Part shown: positions 1-12,500 of the stretch, piece after piece
Position numbering within the stretch: the stretch's first letter is position 1
Layout of the letters: every line of letters starts with the position of its first letter
Assembly: GCA_950097015.1 (NCBI GenBank)
Contig: CATNEN010000003.1
Location: 15,748,001-15,812,000 of the forward strand
Direction of reading: 5' to 3'
Length of the DNA stretch: 64,000 bases
Source of the DNA: Macrostomum hystrix
Taxonomy: Eukaryota > Animalia > Platyhelminthes
Translations under genes and position numbers: made by a program
Notes under the pieces: model-generated
Database searches by the model: none
What the model saw: only the letters and a program-made list of their open reading frames with translations
Told to the model about the DNA's origin: nothing

Positions 1-574
1 GATCGAAAAAAAAATTATCGTAACTGTTTTGTAACGTTCAGTGAAAAAAATATTTTAACTATAATATTGTTATATTCATATATATGCGCTACTTATACAA
101 AAAACTACCGTTATTTATTATATTTTACTTAACTTGAGTTTTTAATAATTGTTTAACGTAATGATAAATTGTTATAATTACACATATCGACTACTATAAT
201 TGTGATAATAAGTGTCCTAAATTAACTGTGTTATATTTATAATCGACCCAGCTTCTGTGTCGTGCAAATTAAAATATAAATACTGTGTTGTTTCTGTTTG
301 AGTTTAGCTGTCAAAAACAGTTTTGTTTTAATCGTTGATTATTTTGATAAAATGATGGATAAAGCCACGTTCTAGAGCACCAGAATAGCAGATTCAACAA
401 GTTGCTAATTAAGAAAGCATAGAATTACGGAAAACTATAGAAAACAATAGCTTACTTGGTTAATACGATGAAATTTTGTGAGAAGAAAAACAAAGCCTAC
501 TTAAGGCGGTTTTTGCCACAAGACATCCCGGTTTCCCGAGAATCTTTGAAAATCTCGTTGATACCGATGTTTTT

Positions 575-620
575 TTAACGAGGAGAGAGGTCAGGAGTTC
601 GAATCTCAGCCTCAGCTAGG
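575..620 (+). mobile_element. Possible tRNA/SINE head remnant
   Basis: GAGGTCAGGAGTTCGAATCTC resembles a T-arm/B box; no full cloverleaf. Confidence 0.3.
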
Positions 621-2312
621 CAGACAATTTATTTAGAATTTATTTCTTTGTTAAGTTTCAAGACATAGTACTGACAGTAATTAATGATTGCAACCCATCA
701 GATAAAATAAACTCATCAACAAAAAGGGTCGCATTCTCTGCGCATTAGTTTTTTATATTAGTTTAATGGAAGAATGCTTTTTAATTCCCGTGACAAAAAG
801 GATTACAAAAAATGGTTTAGCACTACGTAGATAATAATTTCGATACGAACGTTTTCTTAATATTACGTTTATTTATGCAAAGTGCGAGCGCATTATAAGA
901 ATGCTTTAACTCTACGTAGTAGTGATAAATTCTTACCACACTAAGTCCAAATAAAAAATGGATGATCTGATGCCACAGAGGCTATAGCTGTAGCGCAGAC
1001 ACGTTTATCAAGATTTCATCAAGATCTGATAGGTAAGGGTCGAATTAAGTGAGAGTGGAAGAGAAAACTGAACTAAGAACCATCAAAGAAATAAGAGAGT
1101 CGTGGCCAGAGAAGACAAGAAGTTGTAGACAGACTATTTAGTCTCACTCTCTGGGGAACGCAAATTGAAGTCGAAGAGGTGAATTTTCCTCAGCATGATC
1201 AAATAATTCCTAATCTTCTCATCTCTCCCCCGGTGGCTTGCAAAATTCTACCCCGTTACCCAAATGAACCGGTCCAGCTATAGAATAGAGCAGCCTACAA
1301 GGGATGAGTGACTGAACTTCTTAAGCTATAAGAGAATTTCATTTCAACCCCGTCCTCGGTGAAAAGAAGAGCCACGTTAATTGACGAGGAAGCGAGTGAA
1401 GTTGTCTATTGCACTTTTACAAAACTTTAGCCAAAGCCTATACCTAAAAATATAAGTGCCAGTACACAACAGACAGACATTAACACATCCGGGCAGACTT
1501 TTTCTCACATACGAGGACGTCTAAGACGAAACGCGAGATTTGCCGACGGGCGTTCAGCTAGAAATTTTCTTATTTTCTAGTTTTTGACGTTCCACAACTA
1601 GTCAATCATCGTTGGTCTTCGTTCTCAACATCGTCCTTGGACTTTTGGACCACTACAACCAAAGTCCAACGTTCAAAAAAGCCAACAATGATAGATGAAT
1701 AGGAAAAATGATGCGATGAAATGTAAAAGTTCAGCGTTTTTTTCATGTTGACGTCGTCATTGACGCCTGGTTGGTTTGTCGACAAACGTACAGGCGCATT
1801 GTTGTGCAGCTAGGGTACTCCTATCAAGGTCCTAGATTTTAGCCCCGAAGAAAAAAAAAACAGGACAAAGAAAGGTGATAGAACAAAAGTGTCCGAAAAA
1901 AGCAAATGTGAATAGTTAGAATATAATAGAATAGTGTGAATGTGGCAAATAGTTATAAAGTGCAAGCGAAGAACTGATGCATTCTTCCGGGTTTAAATCG
2001 AGTAAGCTAGCGCGCAGACGGACAGAAAAGAGATGGATTTCAGACGAGCGAAAATGGAATTTTCTGGCTAAGAATATAAGTCGATCGGGCTATACACACA
2101 AAAAAGTGGGAAAACGTTTTCGGACACTGGGATTTGGTTTTTTACTTGCTTGGGCCCCACCCCCGACTAGACTAATCCATCGACTGCCTCGTCCTACGTC
2201 TGTCTGTCTGTCTGGGCCAGTGTTAAGTGGGAAAAACTACTTAGTGCAACCAGATTCAGAACTGGCTAACAAAGCAAATGTCTTTATAGATAATAATAGA
2301 TCTGATATCTAG

Positions 2313-2521
2313 ACGAATCTGCCTCTCGCACCGATGTCACTGAGCTCGATTCCGCGGCAAGGCCACATTCATTTGGTTCACAGCCGTGGAGAGAAGGCTT
2401 GAGGGTACAGTGAAGTGTACACTGCCTGACGATGAGAAAGTCAGGGCAGATGTACACACCTGTGTGAGCGTGTGCCTGCGTACGGTATCTGTGTGCGTGT
2501 GTGCTCAGGAGTCAGCGAAAT
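2313..2521 (+). mobile_element. SINE family A copy (truncated)
   Basis: CTGAGCTCGATTCCGCGGCAAGGCCACATT ... GTGTACACTGCCTGACGATGAGAAAGTCAG ... GAGTCAGCGAAAT shared with the 47.5 kb copy. Confidence 0.85.
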
Positions 2522-3130
2522 ACACAATTTTAGAGTAACACAAATTTGTGCCATTGCCCGAAGCCCTCCTGAAAGTACGAGCTATCAATTATAGTAGGCT
2601 ACACTTTCAGATTGTTTTACAATTTATTGTTTCGTTATTTCATCTGGTAATTAGATAAGAAATCTCTAATTTCCTGTTTACTGAAGTAATTTCATTAGCT
2701 CGTTTCCAGGTTCATCATCGAATTATTTTTCTACGAAAGATTCAAATAATGAAGCCGGAAAATGTTAAATCGACTAAAAAGAACTTTCAAGTCAGAGGGG
2801 AATGGAGAGAATTTCGATGGTGAATCGTTTGACACTTTTACAGTAGCTAGCGTTTCGTTTTCTAACAAAGCAATTATCCGGAACACGCACCGCATGCAGC
2901 TAAATGTGTGTTTTTGACTTCGTGCTTGCACGGTAGCACAAAAATAGAAAAGCATAGGATTTTTTCTCGATTTTTAGAATGGTTGATGATTTAGAACTTC
3001 TAGCTTCTTGTTACGCGCGTAGTTTTAACCCTTTGTTGTACTCTCGGTAATCATTTACGGAGTAATTTTTCGCAACGTGAAATGCAGTAGAGTCTTGCAT
3101 TAACAGTGAAGGACATCAACTGCTTCTTAC

Positions 3131-3800
3131 TCAGGTGAGGCAGTGGAGAGTCAGGTGAGGCAGTGGAGAGTCAGGTGACGCAGTGGAGAGTCAGGTGAGG
3201 CAGTGGAGAGTCAGGTCATGCAGTGGAGAGTCAGTGGAGAGTCAGGTGAGGCAGTGGAGAGTCAGGTCATGCAGTGGAGAGTCAGTGGAGAGTCAGTGGA
3301 GAGTCAGGTGAGGCAGTGGAGAGTCAGGTCATGCAGTGGAGAGTCAGGTGACGCAGTGGAGAGTCAGGTCATGCAGTGGAGAGTCAGGTGAGGCAGTGGA
3401 GAGTCAGGTGACACAGTGGAGAGTCAGTTGAGGCAGTGGAGAGTCAGGTGAGGCAGTGGAGAGTCAGGTGAGGCGGTGGAGAGTCAGGTGACGCAGTGGA
3501 GAGTCGGGTGAGGCAGTGGAGAGTCAGGTGAGGCAGTGGAGAGTCAGGTGACGCAGTGGAGAGTCAGGTGAGGCAGTGGAGAGTCAGGTGAGGCAGTGGA
3601 GAGTCAGGTGAGGCAGTGGAGAGTCAGGTGAGGCAGTGGAGAGTCAGGTGAGGCAGTGGAGAATCAGGTGAGGCAGTGGAGAGTCAGGTGAGGCAGTGGA
3701 GAGTCAGGTGAGGCAGTGGAGAGTCAGGTGAGGCAGTGGAGAGTCAGGTCATGCGGTGGATAGTCAGTTGAGGCAGTGGAGAGTCAGGTGAGGCAGTGGA
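3131..3800. repeat. 20-bp minisatellite (TCAGGTGAGGCAGTGGAGAG), ~33 copies
   Basis: direct periodicity. Confidence 0.97.
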
Positions 3801-4084
3801 TGGCATTGTGCGGTGACTCGGCGGCGACCGCAATTGAGCGAATGGCCAGAAAAACTAATTAGAGATTTAACGATAAGAATGCGAAAGCTAAATTTGAAAT
3901 GAGATAAGTCTGAGTTTGAGCGACTTAAACACGCATTCTCTTTTTAAGTTCGTGCCAATTTTAATTTCCCCAGTTAGTGAGTAGGTGGGGCTGAACAGTG
4001 GGACACTGGATGCCAGTGACCAAATTAATATGATGTTATGCTATGCTTCTGCGACAGTTTAAGTATAATTTTTCTAAGAAAATA

Positions 4085-4755
4085 ACAGTGAGGTATTGAG
4101 AGGAAATGAGAGACAGTATTGGTAGAGAGACAGTGAGGTAGAGAGACAGTATTGGTAGAGAGACAGTGAGGTAGAGAGACAGTATTGGTAGAGAGACAGT
4201 GAGGTAGAGAGACAGTGAGGTAGAGAGACAGTGAGGTAGAGAGACAGTGAGGTAGAGAGACAGTGAGGTAGAGAGACAGTGAGGTAGAGAGACAGTGAGG
4301 TAGAGAGACAGTGAGGTAGAGAGACAGTGAGGTAGAGAGACAGTGAGGTAGAGAGACAGTGAGGTAGAGAGACAGTGAGGTAGAGAGACAGTGAGGTAGA
4401 GAGACAGTGAGGTAGAGAGACAGTGAGGTAGAGAGACAGTGAGGTAGAGAGACAGTGAGGTAGAGAGACAGTGAGGTAGAGAGACAGTGAGGTAGAGAGA
4501 CAGTGAGGTAGAGAGACAGTGAGGTAGAGAGACAGGTAGAGAGACAGTGAGGTAGAGAGACAGTGAGGTAGAGAGACAGTGAGGTAGAGAGACAGTAAGG
4601 TAGAGAAACAGTGAGGTAGAGAGACAGTGAGGTAGAGAGACAGTGAGGTAGAGAGACAGTGAGGTAGAGAGACAGTGAGGTAGAGAGACAGTGAGGTAGA
4701 GAGACAGTGAGGTAGAGAGACAGTGAGGTAGAGAGACAGTGAGGTAGAGAGACAG
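4085..4755. repeat. 16-bp minisatellite (GAGGTAGAGAGACAGT), ~40 copies
   Basis: direct periodicity. Confidence 0.97.
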
Positions 4756-5639
4756 AGAGACGGAAAGGGACAGAGAGAGACAAGAAGAGACAGTGCCAGA
4801 GATAATTGAAACAACAATTATTATTACGAAAAGTTATTTCATAACAAAAATATGGTCATTAATTGTTATTACTGTAAATAAAGTCGTTCTCTTTTGAGTC
4901 GTTCTCCATCTTGCCTCCAAAGCAAAGAAAATTATAAAGTAAAAAATTGAGTCAAGTGCCTAGATAAATATGTCCAGCCCGACCAACGAGGGTCGACTTG
5001 TCGACTAGGCGAGTAAATTCTAGTGACGCGATTTTTTTCTCGCCTTGTCGAAGTCAACTTGTCTCTGTCGCTAGGCCTTCAAGAACTCCATTAATTATTC
5101 ATGAGTCTAGTGAGATTTCCCGGCCTGGTGGGTCGAGAAGAAAAGTTTTTGGATTCGTTTTGACTGTGCCTGTTGTTTGCTTGTTAGTTTTGCATCACGG
5201 AAGCAGAAATAAAAATAGCCAATGAACTTAAATAACCTATGCACCAGTGTGGATTGATACAAGCATTGATACTTTATGGTACTGTTAATCTGGACCATGC
5301 TTGCCATTATAAATCTATAGTACAGTCCGTGCCATACAAGGCCGCAATGTTCTCTTTTGATAGCATTCGCCAACTTTGATTTAGCCGAGGGTTTAAGCAT
5401 TGAAACTGCATAAGTTTTATTGTTCCCACAATGAACAGCTGGCCATTGGCAAGGGCGAAATGCTTTGCAATCATCTGAGGAGAATGGGAATACTGAAGTG
5501 GGAAAATGTGCGATCCGAATTGAACAAAATGGGAGAATAAATTAATAAGGAGAAGAAACAGGTAGGAGCTAGGAAATGGAAACAGAAAAATAGGAAGAGA
5601 GGGATGGAAAGACGATAGATAGAAAGAGAGATCAAAAGA

Positions 5640-6480
5640 GAGAGATGGGAAGTGCGTAGATGGGAAGAGAGAGATGGGAAGTGGGTAGATCGGAAGAGAG
5701 AGATGGGAAGAGAGGGATGGGAAGAAAGAGATGGGAAGAGAGGGATGGGAAGAGAGGGACTGGGAAGAGAGGGACTGGGAAGAGAGGGATTGGGAAGAGA
5801 GGGACTGGGGAGAGAGGGACTGGGAAGAGAGGGACTGGGAAGAGAGGGATTGGGAAGAGAGGGACTGGGGAGAGAGGGACTGGGAAGAGAGGGACTGGGA
5901 AGAGAGGGACTGGGAAGAGAGGGACTGGGAAGAGAGGGACTGGGAAGAGAGGGACTGGGAAGAGAGGGACTGGGAAGAGAGGGACTGGGAAGAGAGGGAT
6001 TGGGAAGAGAGGGACTGGGGAGAGAGGGACTGGGAAGAGAGGGACTGGGAAGAGAGGGACTGGGAAGAGAGGGACTGGGAAGAGAGGGACTGGGGAGAGA
6101 GGGACTGGGGAGAGAGGGACTGGGAAGAGAGGGACTGGGAAGAGAGGGACTGGGAAGAGAGGGACTGGGAAGAGAGGGACTGGGAATAGAGGGACTGGGG
6201 AGAGAGGGACTGGGAAGAGAGGGACTGGGAAGAGAGGGACTGGGAAGAGAGGGACTGGGAAGAGAGGGACTGGGAAGAGAGGGACTGGGAAGAGAGGGAC
6301 TGGGAAGAGAGGGATGGAAAGAGAGGGACTGGGAAGAGAGGGACTGGGAAGAGAGGGACTGGGAAGAGAAGGATGGGAAGAGGGGGATGGAAAGAGAGGG
6401 ATTGGAAGAGAGGGATTGGAAGAGAGACATGGGAAGTGGGTAGATGGGAAGAGAGATGGGAAGAGAAGGATGGGAAGACA
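5640..6480. repeat. 15-bp G-rich minisatellite (GGGAAGAGAGGGACT)
   Basis: direct periodicity; two GGG runs per unit (G4 potential). Confidence 0.97.
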
Positions 6481-7009
6481 GGGTGGTAGAAATGCAGGAT
6501 TTTTCTGCCTTGCTACGGACACGTGGTAAAAAAAGATATATGTTATAAAACTTCGTGTGCAAAAGCAAAATAGTTGAAGGGAATTAAAAGTAGAAAAAGC
6601 CAAAGAAAATAAACAGGAAAAGTGTTTACAACTGAATAACAAAAACGTGCGGTCCACAGTATGGACGCAAAATAAGAAAAAAACAAAGGAAAACTAAAAA
6701 ACACACCTCTTAGATACGTCTCAAAGTGGTCAGTCCGACACACAAAGTGGACAAGCGGTGAATACTGTGAGACTGATCATGGAGCTAGAGTTTAGGGGGG
6801 ACAAATGGACATCCAGTGTTGAAGGAGCGAAGAGATTAACTCCTCTTTCTCTCTTTATTGCTTTGACTTCTAATGCAAAGGAAGGTCAAAACGCAAAAAA
6901 CTTTGTTATTATTGTGTATTTTTATGATATTTATATGCAGTATGGGCGCCTATGATTTGAGAAAGATATCAACTTATGCTCGCGTTTTATTTTATGTTAA
7001 AATGCATGA

Positions 7010-8090
7010 TTCAGGAAAGCTTCTAGATTCTTGGAAAGCGACTAGATTCAAAGAAAGATGATAGATTCTAAGAAAGATGATAGATTCCAGGAAAGATGAT
7101 AGATACCAGGAAAGATAATAGATTCTAGGAAAGCTTCTAGATTCTAAGAAAGATGATAGATTCCAGGAAAGATGATAGATTCCAGGAAAGATGATAGATT
7201 CTAGGAAAGCTTCTATATTCTAGGAAAGCTTCTAGATTCTAAGAAAGATGATAGATTCCAGGAAAGATGATAGATTCTAGGAAAGCTTCTACATTCTAAG
7301 AAAGATGATAGATTCCAGGAAAGATGATAGATTCCAGGAAAGCTTCTAGATTCTTGGAAAGCGACTAGATTCTAAGAAAGATGATAGATTCTAGGAAAGA
7401 TGATAGATTCCAGGAAAGATGATAGATTCTAGGAAAGCTTCTATATTCTAGGAAAGCGACTAGATTCTAAGAAAGATGATAGATTCTAAGAAAGATGATA
7501 GATTCCAGGAAAGATGATAGATTCCAGGAAAGCTTCTAGATTCTTGGAAAGCGACTAGATTCCAAGAAAGATGATAGATTCCAGGAAAGATGATAGATTC
7601 TAGGAAAGCTTCTACATTCTAAGAAAGATGATAGATTCCAGGAAAGATGATAGATTCTAGGAAAGCTTCTAGATTCTAGGAAAGCGACTAGATTCTAAGA
7701 AAGATGATAGATTCCAGGAAAGATGATAGATTCTAGGAAAGCTTCTACATTCTAAGAAAGATGATAGATTCCAGGAAAGATGATAGATTCCAGGAAAGCT
7801 TCTAGATTCTTGGAAAGCGACTAGATTCTAAGAAAGATGATAGATTCTAGGAAAGATGATAGATTCCAGGAAAGATGATAGATTCTAGGAAAGCTTCTAG
7901 ATTCTAAGAAAGATGATAGATTCCAGGAAAGATGATAGATTATGGGAGTGATAATGTATTCTAGGAAAGTTTCTAGATTCTAGGAAAAGACTATAGATTT
8001 ATAGGAAAGACAGTATGTTCTAGCAAAGAAAATGGATTCTAGGAAAGATAATGGATTATAGGAACATAATATATTTGTAGGAAAGCATAC
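7010..8090. repeat. 19-bp minisatellite (TAGATTCYAGGAAAGATGA and GCTTC/GCGAC variants)
   Basis: direct periodicity, degenerate right edge. Confidence 0.95.
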
Positions 8091-8650
8091 ATACTCAAAG
8101 CAATCAAGGAAAATATGAGAACAGTATAAATATGAATTTACACTCTTCTTCGCATCGATAATTCAAAACAGCGGAATGTTTATCTAGCATTTCATTAATT
8201 TGCTTCTGCACTTTGCCTCGCTTTTAGAGAGACAGAAAACTAAGGAAATGGGAAACTATGAGATTGAAGATTGCTTTGGGACAGAGAAGTTAGGGATATG
8301 AAAGTAGATTTTAAGGATTGATATTCGGTGCACAGGAATTTCGATAAAATCACCGCAGCAAACCCTGTTAGCCAAGAAACACTTCAGTCAAGATTCATCA
8401 TTCATTCAAGGCTATGAAAAAGTACAATTTAAAGGGGCTCTGCTTTGCAGATTGCAGAAGAAAACAACCGGATTTCATTTTCTAAATCCAAATATATCAG
8501 GTTTAGAAAAAAAACTAATAAAATCTTGATTTAAAATACAATCCATTTCGTTCACCAAAACTTTACTTCAAGCCTTCCCACTTTGATTTTGTATCTGGCA
8601 CAGCAACTAGATATCAGTTTAGCTGCTGGGGTCAAACTATTGGTCTAGAG

Positions 8651-9165
8651 CAGGGGTAGGCAAACTTATTTGCTGGCGGGCCAAAGAGAGAGCCTAAAAG
8701 ACGACAGCGGGCCGCATTGACTGTATAAATATGAGATGGGGGAGAGATGAGACACAGGAAAGATGGGACACGAGAGAGATGAGACACGGGAGAGATAAGA
8801 CAGGGAAGAGATTAGACACGGAAGAGATTAGACACGGAAGAGATTAGACACGGGAGAGATTAGACACGGAAGAGATTAGACACGGAAGAGATTAGACACG
8901 GAAGAGATTAGACACGGAAGAGATTAGACACGGGAGAAATTAGACACGGGAGAGATTAGATACGGGAGAGATTAGATACGAGAGCGATGAGACACGGGAG
9001 AGATTAGACACGGGAGAGATTAGATACGAGAGCGATGAGACACGGGAGAGATTAGACACGAGAGAGATGAAACAGAACACTGTAGATGTCAGAAGGGGCA
9101 ACGGGCCGGATTTGGGAGCTTCGAGGGCCGCATCTGGCCCTCGGGCCGGAGTTTGCCGACCCCTG
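8651..9165. mobile_element. Non-autonomous hAT (Charlie/Buster-like) MITE, 515 bp
   Basis: TIRs CAGGGGTAGGCAAACT / AGTTTGCCGACCCCTG; perfect 8-bp TSD GTCTAGAG at 8643-8650 and 9166-9173; subterminal GCGGGCC/CGGGCCG motifs. Confidence 0.92.
8740..9070. repeat. 16-bp minisatellite (AGAGATTAGACACGGR) inside the hAT MITE
   Basis: direct periodicity. Confidence 0.93.
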
Positions 9166-9569
9166 GTCTAGAGTATTCCATCTTATCCCCTATCTCAAAG
9201 CTGCAGACACACCCTCATCACGTTCCTGTCTGCCTGTAATGGCTAGATAAGCCTTATAGTCCTAACTATAGCGCCACCCCTTAAAGCAACGGCCAGGCTT
9301 AACTGTAATCTGTTTGCTTCAAAGCTGATCAAGCTCGGGAGGCTTAATGTCAGACATCTTCATGCTCGTTCTCTTCCACAAGCAGTCATCTCATCCTGAT
9401 TTACTGCATTTCTTTTGCTTAACGTCTTCAACACGATATGTCAGAGATCAGCTGTTCAGAATCAAAGCACTTGAATCTTATTGCCTTGATTTTTAGTTTT
9501 TAGTTCGTTCAAAACTAATTAAGACGAGCTGGAACATAACCGAGAGAATTTTAGACTATCGAAAGGGTT

Positions 9570-12500
9570 ATAGATTATCGAGGGGATTGTAGGTTATATA
9601 GGGGATTATCGATTATTTAGAGGATTATCGATTATTCAGAGGATTAAAGATGCTTTAGAGGATTATAGATTCTTTAGAGGATTATAGATACTTTAGAGGA
9701 TTATAGATTCTTTAGAGGATTATAGATTCTTTAGAGGATTATAGATTCTTTAGACGATTATAGATTCTTTAGAGGATTATAGATTCTTTAGAGGATTATA
9801 GATTCTTTAGAGGATTATAGATTCTTTAGAGGATTATAGATTCTTTAGAGGATTATAGATTCTTTAGACGATTATAGATTCTTTAGACGATTATAGATTC
9901 TTTAGAGGATTATACTCGTAGATTCTTTAGAGGATTATCAATTATTTAGAGGATTATAGATTCTTTAGAGGATTATACTCGTAGATTCTTTAGAGGATTA
10001 TCAATTATTTAGAGGATTATAGATTCTTTAGAGGATTATACTCGTAGATTCTTTAGAGGATTATCAATTATTTAGAGGATTTTAGATTCTTTAGAGGATT
10101 ATACTCGTAGATTCTTTAGAGGATTATCAATTATTTAGAGGATTATAGATTCTTTAGAGGATTAATAGATGCTTTAGAGGATTATAGATTCTTTAGAGGA
10201 TTATAGATGCTTTAGAGGATTATAGATTCTTTAGAGGATTATAGATTCTTTAGAGGATTATAGATTCTTTAGACGATTATAGATTCTTTAGACGATTATA
10301 GATTCTTTAGAGGATTATACTCGTAGATTCTTTAGAGGATTATCAATTATTTAGAGGATTATAGATTCTTTAGAGGATTATACTCGTAGATTCTTTAGAG
10401 GATTATCAATTATTTAGAGGATTATAGATTCTTTAGAGGATTATACTCGTAGATTCTTTAGAGGATTATCAATTATTTAGAGGATTTTAGATTCTTTAGA
10501 GGATTATACTCGTAGATTCTTTAGAGGATTATCAATTATTTAGAGGATTATAGATTCTTTAGAGGATTAATAGATGCTTTAGAGGATTATAGATTCTTTA
10601 GAGGATTATAGATTCTTTAGAGGATTATAGATTCTTTAGAGGATTATAGATTCTTTAGAGGATTATAGATTCTTTAGAGGATTATAGATTCTTTAGAGGA
10701 TTAATAGATGCTTTAGAGGATTATAGATTCTTTAGAGGATTATAGATGCTTTAGAGGATTACAGATTCTTTAGAGGATTATAGATTCTTTAGAGGATTAT
10801 CGATTATTTAGAGGATTATAGATACTTTAGAGGATTATAGATTCTTTAGAGGATTATAGATTCTTTAGAGGATTATCGATTATTTAGAGGATTATAGATA
10901 CTTTAGAGGATTATAGATTCTTTAGAGGATTAATAGATGCTTTAGAGGATTATAGATTCTTTAGAGGATTATAGATGCTTTAGAGGATTACAGATTCTTT
11001 AGAGGATTATAGATTCTTTAGAGGATTATCGATTATTTAGAGGATTATAGATACTTTAGAGGATTATAGATTCTTTAGAGGATTATAGATTCTTTAGAGA
11101 ATTATAGATGCTTTAGAGGATTATCGATTATTTAGAGGATTATAGATTCTTTAGAGAATTATAGATGCTTTAGAGGATTATAGATTCTTTAGAGGATTAT
11201 AGATTCTTTAGAGGATTATAGATTCTTTAGAGGATTATAGATTCTTTAGAGGATTATAGATTCTTTAGAGGATTATAGATTCTTTAGAGGATTATAGATT
11301 ATTTAGAGGATTATAGATGCTTTAGAGGATTATAGATTCTTTAGAGGATTACAGATTCTTTAGAGAATTATATATTCTTTAGAGGATTATAGATTCTTTA
11401 GAGGATTATAGATACTTTAGAGGATTATAGATTCTTTAGAGGATTATAGATTCTTTAGAGGATTATAGATTCTTTAGAGGATTATAGATTCTTTAGAGGA
11501 TTACAGATTCTTTAGACGATTATAGATTCTTTAGAGGATTATACTCGTAGATTCTTTAGAGGATTATCAATTATTTAGAGGATTATAGATTCTTTAGAGG
11601 ATTATACTCGTAGATTCTTTAGAGGATTATCAATTATTTAGAGGATTATAGATTCTTTAGAGGATTATACTCGTAGATTCTTTAGAGGATTATCAATTAT
11701 TTAGAGGATTATAGATTCTTTAGAGGATTAATAGATGCTTTAGAGGATTATAGATTCTTTAGAGGATTATAGATTCTTTAGACGATTATAGATTCTTTAG
11801 AGGATTATACTCGTAGATTCTTTAGAGGATTATCAATTATTTAGAGGATTATAGATTCTTTAGAGGATTATACTCGTAGATTCTTTAGAGGATTATCAAT
11901 TATTTAGAGGATTATAGATTCTTTAGAGGATTATACTCGTAGATTCTTTAGAGGATTATCAATTATTTAGAGGATTATAGATTCTTTAGAGGATTATACT
12001 CGTAGATTCTTTAGAGGATTATCAATTATTTAGAGGATTATAGATTCTTTAGAGGATTATACTCGTAGATTCTTTAGAGGATTATAGATTCTTTAGAGAA
12101 TTATAGATTCTTTAGAGGATTAATAGATGCTTTAGAGGATTATAGATTCTTTAGAGGATTATAGATTCTTTAGACGATTATAGATTCTTTAGAGGATTAT
12201 ACTCGTAGATTCTTTAGAGGATTATCAATTATTTAGAGGATTATAGATTCTTTAGAGGATTATACTCGTAGATTCTTTAGAGGATTATCAATTATTTAGA
12301 GGATTATAGATTCTTTAGAGGATTATACTCGTAGATTCTTTAGAGGATTATCAATTATTTAGAGGATTTTAGATTCTTTAGAGGATTATACTCGTAGATT
12401 CTTTAGAGGATTATCAATTATTTAGAGGATTATAGATTCTTTAGAGGATTAATAGATGCTTTAGAGGATTATAGATTCTTTAGAGGATTATAGATGCTTT

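Noticed and set aside
4025-6657. Repetitive ORFs on both strands (SPSLP, GLGRE, EERDW etc.); likewise those at 25.9-26.9, 37.5-38.1, 46.8, 53, 54.2 and 57.3 kb
   Set aside because: Each coincides exactly with a tandem array and is open in several frames or strands; there is no non-repeat coding context.
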